A DNA stretch of 63,165 nt, filler included. It is 15 parts of 15 records of this genome, joined end to end, with 100 filler letters (N's around TTAATTAATTAA, not from the genome) between each part and the next. Parts side by side here need not be neighbours in the genome. Positions count along the whole stretch, not along the records: positions 59,801 to 63,165 come from SRR7504441_92810; 14 more parts are not named here. One strand, 5' to 3'. Every line of letters begins with the position of its first letter. Positions within the stretch are counted from its first letter, which is position 1. Below the pieces are notes generated by a model. The model was not told the DNA's origin and searched no databases. It saw nothing but the letters and a program-made list of their open reading frames with translations. The position numbers and the translations under genes were made by a program. Positions 59,940 to 63,165 of the stretch are shown piece after piece.

Positions 59940-61010
59940 TCATGTCACCAGCCTCTCTACACAGACTCGCTGGCCACCTTGCGCACCTGACTCTAGGCAG
60001 GCACTAATGAACGCCACGTCATCAAAGGCTTGCTCGGGACTATTGCAGTCTTGACTCTCTGGGTCCGCACAGCCCAACGCCCAGGCCCGAAATTCTGCAG
60101 GTACCCCACCGAACGGATAGTGTTCGATCTCCTCGCTCACGAGCTTGTTATCCTTCTCAGGCTCAAACTTCCGCGTGCTTACCACGTAGCCGTGCTTGCT
60201 ATCAACCACCGCCCGTTCAATCTCGACTGTCCCTTCGCTCCCGACCACCTCCAGCAGAAACTTACGGTGGGCGCTCGCAAAGCTGATATTCAGCGTGCCG
60301 TGGAGTCCGCTCTCAAACTCGACCACTGCTGCTAGCGTGTCTGGGCCCGGCAGCCAGTTTGCACGGTGACTCATCAGTGCGCTCACTGCCACTACCGCGG
60401 AGCCTGCAGCCATCCGCATCGCAGCCACAAAGTGCACTCCGCTGTCCAGGAACAGGCCGCCTTGCCAGGATGGGCTGCTCCGCCACGCAGTGTGGAAATA
60501 CTTATTCTCGGGGCTCATCGGGCTCTGCACCGTCATCTGGAGACTACCGAGCTTGCCCACCCGTTTGGCCGCCAGCGCCCCAGCCTGCAGCCCGGGCTCG
60601 TACCGGTAGTTCTCAGCTACGCTCCAGCGCAGCCCGGCATGTCCCGAGGCGTGCAACTGGGCCATATGGCGCGCTGTGCCCACGTCCGCCGCCACGGGCT
60701 TCTCGGAGAGAACGTGCTTGCCCGCCTCGAGCGCCCGGAGAACAAACAGAGGCTGCACGTCGAGCGGCAGACAGACAACCACCGCGTCCAGCTCGGCCGA
60801 GTCGAGCAGTGCCTGCAGGCCCGCCTCCCCGTCCAGGGCTGGGCATCCGGCCTGCGCGGCCAGCGGCGCGGCGGACTGGGCTGATCGGGACCAAACGCCA
60901 GCCAGCTGGAACAAGCCGGGCTCCGCCAGCAGTGCGGGCAGGTGCGCCGAGCCTGCGAACAGCCCGGCCCCCAGCAGGGCAACGGTCAGTGGAGCATCTG
61001 GGGAGGACAT
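59940..61010 (-). CDS. Gfo/Idh/MocA-family NAD(P)-dependent oxidoreductase
   Basis: ALLGAG, AGKHVLSEKPVA, VAENYRY, WR.....GG..LD.GVH. ATG at 61008-61010. Confidence 0.92.
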   Translation of the reverse strand: MSSPDAPLTVALLGAGLFAGSAHLPALLAEPGLFQLAGVWSRSAQSAAPLAAQAGCPALDGEAGLQALLDSAELDAVVVCLPLDVQPLFVLRALEAGKHVLSEKPVAADVGTARHMAQLHASGHAGLRWSVAENYRYEPGLQAGALAAKRVGKLGSLQMTVQSPMSPENKYFHTAWRSSPSWQGGLFLDSGVHFVAAMRMAAGSAVVAVSALMSHRANWLPGPDTLAAVVEFESGLHGTLNISFASAHRKFLLEVVGSEGTVEIERAVVDSKHGYVVSTRKFEPEKDNKLVSEEIEHYPFGGVPAEFRAWALGCADPESQDCNSPEQAFDDVAFISACLESGAQGGQRVCVERLVT

Positions 61011-61126
61011 CGGCCGCTGATGTGCAAGACCAGCACGCCGAGCTCCAGGTTGCGTCTCTACTCTCGAGTGGTGTTCCGTTACTGACGGGGCACTGCGCCG
61101 CCGAGACTTGACTGACTTGGACGCAG

Positions 61127-62716
61127 ATGGCGGCATACAAGATGCTGATCAACGGTCGGCTGGTGGGGTCCGAGGCCAGCTTCCCAGTGATCAACCCGGC
61201 CACCGGCCGCGCCTTCGCGCAGGCGCCGCTCTGCTCCAAGACCCAGCTGGAGGCGGCGGTTGACGCGGCCAACCTGGCCTTCAGATCCTGGAGCGGGCTG
61301 GCCCAGCCGGAGCGGAGCCGGATGATGATGGAGGCCGCAGCCAAGCTGAGCGACCAGGCCGGGCCGATCTCTCGGGTGCTCACCCAGGAGCAGGGCAAGC
61401 CGATCCGGGCGGCCTGGGGTGAGATCCAGGCCGCTGTGGCCTACATGAAGCACTTTGCCCAGGCAGAGTACCAGTTCGAGAAATTGATCGTGGACTCCAA
61501 AAAGGAGCGGGTGCTGCAGAGGCGCGTGCCGCTCGGGGTGGTGGGCGGGATCTGCCCCTGGAACTTCCCGCCGCTCATGGCTGCGTGGAAGCTGTCCGAA
61601 GCACTGATGACGGGCAACACGATCGTGATCAAACCATCCCCGTACACCCCACTCTCCACCCTGATGCTCGGTGCCGCAATGCACGACGCTTTCCCTCCGG
61701 GCGTTCTAAATATCGTCTCAGGCGACGACGAGCTAGGTGCGTGCCGTCTCGATAATGCCTCAATCGACCTCAATCGCATACTGACCGCAACCGCCAGGGA
61801 AATGGATCACTGAGTCGCCGGGGGTGGCCAAGATCTCGTTTACTGGCTCCACGCGCACAGGCAAAGCGATACAGGCCAGCACGAGCGGCACGTTGAAGCG
61901 TCTGACGTTGGAGCTCGGGGGCAACGACCCAGCGATTGTGCTGCCTGATGCAGATCCGGCTAAGATCGCGGTGCGTATGTGGCGAGGCCTGCCAAGCGGG
62001 GGCAGGGCAAGCTGTTCGGGGGAGCGATGGGCAACTCAGGCCAGATCTGTGTGGCGATCAAGCGCCTGTATGTGCAGTGAGTCCCCCCCCGCCCCCTCCA
62101 TTGCCGCATCCGACGAGCTGACCGGTGTCCACTCAGTGAGAGCAAATTTGACCAGACGGTCGCGTTGCTGGCCGAGGCAGCGGGCAAGGCACGCGTCGGG
62201 GACGGACTGGATGAGAGCAGCGAAATGGGGCCAATCAACAATCAAATGCAGTTCGACAGAGTCAACCAGCTAGTGCAAGAGGCCAAGCAGCGTGGGGCTA
62301 CTGTGCATGCCGGCGGTGAGCCGACCGGAGGGGATGGCTATTTCTTCCCGCCCACAATATTGTCAGGCCTGGCAGAGGGCACGCGGATTGTGGACGAAGA
62401 GCAGTTCGGCCCTGTCCTTCCCGTGATCAAGTTCACCGACACAGAGGATGTAGTGAGTCGTGCGAATGCGTCCGAGTTCGGGCTTGGGGCGAGCGTATGG
62501 GGGAGCGACTTGGATGCAGCGGCCGAGGTGGCGAGCAGGTTAGACGCGGGCAGTGTGTGGATAAACGCGCATGGAACTCTGACCCCCGATGTGCCGTTCG
62601 GAGGGATGAAACAGAGCGGGATCGGCCGGCAAATGGGAGAGGGCACGCTCGAAGGCTATACTCAACTGAAGATCATCCGCATTCCCAAACCAAAGCCGGC
62701 TTCTGCGAAGCTGTGA
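61127..62716 (+). CDS. Aldehyde dehydrogenase; introns 61737-61797, 61971-62005, 62077-62136
   Basis: [23 protein letters not shown] (catalytic Cys), EEQFGP and [10 protein letters not shown]-terminal AKL is a possible PTS1 peroxisomal signal. Confidence 0.96.
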
Positions 62717-62868
62717 GATTCTAGACTTCAATTTAGATCTATAGCTAAAGCTTTAGTCGAACCGATCGTGTTAGACTCATTTAATTAAAGCACTAGCTTC
62801 TCCCTTGCTCTTACTCTCCCAAAGTTTGATGGATCCAGGGGCTTTCAATCAAACCTTTGCGACTCCCC

Positions 62869-63165
62869 TTATATATAATAGTTAAAGGAACTGGCTTCTT
62901 CATCTGCTTTTGGCTTTGGGGGCTCACCGTCATCTGGATCAATCTTGATACTTACTCCATCAGCAGGCACAGCAGCACTGCTCTCGTTTTTCTCCTTAAG
63001 ACCTCGGAACCAAGGTTGACCAGAAGGATGTGTCGTAGTGACCGATTCCGAGCTCTGATCAGCTACTACTGCCATCGAAAGTGGATTCAGTTGCTCGTCA
63101 ACAGTTTTCAATTCGATGGACTCAATGCCATCACCCATGTGCGGCACAGGCTCCAGGTCGGAAGA
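62869..63165 (-). CDS. C-terminal fragment of an unknown protein
   Basis: ORF entering from near the window edge, ending convergent to ALDH. Confidence 0.45.
   Translation of the reverse strand, partial: SSDLEPVPHMGDGIESIELKTVDEQLNPLSMAVVADQSSESVTTTHPSGQPWFRGLKEKNESSAAVPADGVSIKIDPDDGEPPKPKADEEASSFNYYI

Overview
This is not one locus. It is a concatenation of 15 short (3-6 kb) contigs joined by artificial 100-nt N-TTAATTAATTAA-N spacers. The DNA is from a compact, GC-rich eukaryote, probably a free-living protist. Most introns are about 35-50 nt, roughly 1 in 8 has a GC donor, there is no polypyrimidine tract, and divergent start codons lie only 65-116 bp apart. Recognisable genes include UPF1, TFIIE-beta, TM9SF, a PP2A B'' subunit, an ankyrin-HECT ligase, a GH92 mannosidase, a purple acid phosphatase, ALDH and a Gfo/Idh/MocA oxidoreductase. 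The main discovery is at 24758-30020 (-), where the ORF track shows only scraps. Hand-splicing about 31 mini-introns there gives a complete GPCR-PIP kinase fusion (signal peptide, ectodomain, 7TM, LR(x)9GI linker, PIPK). Its introns carry recurrent inverted YAACGG pairs and a family of CArG-like CCTAATTAGG repeats. Other notable signals are introns whose ends base-pair in register, a 20-bp perfect hairpin over a stop codon, an SMS-like/PTH2-like fusion, a CBS-PTC7 fusion, and a >1600-aa protein built from an unrecognised W-x-C repeat domain. All exon structures were decoded by hand and need RNA-seq confirmation.
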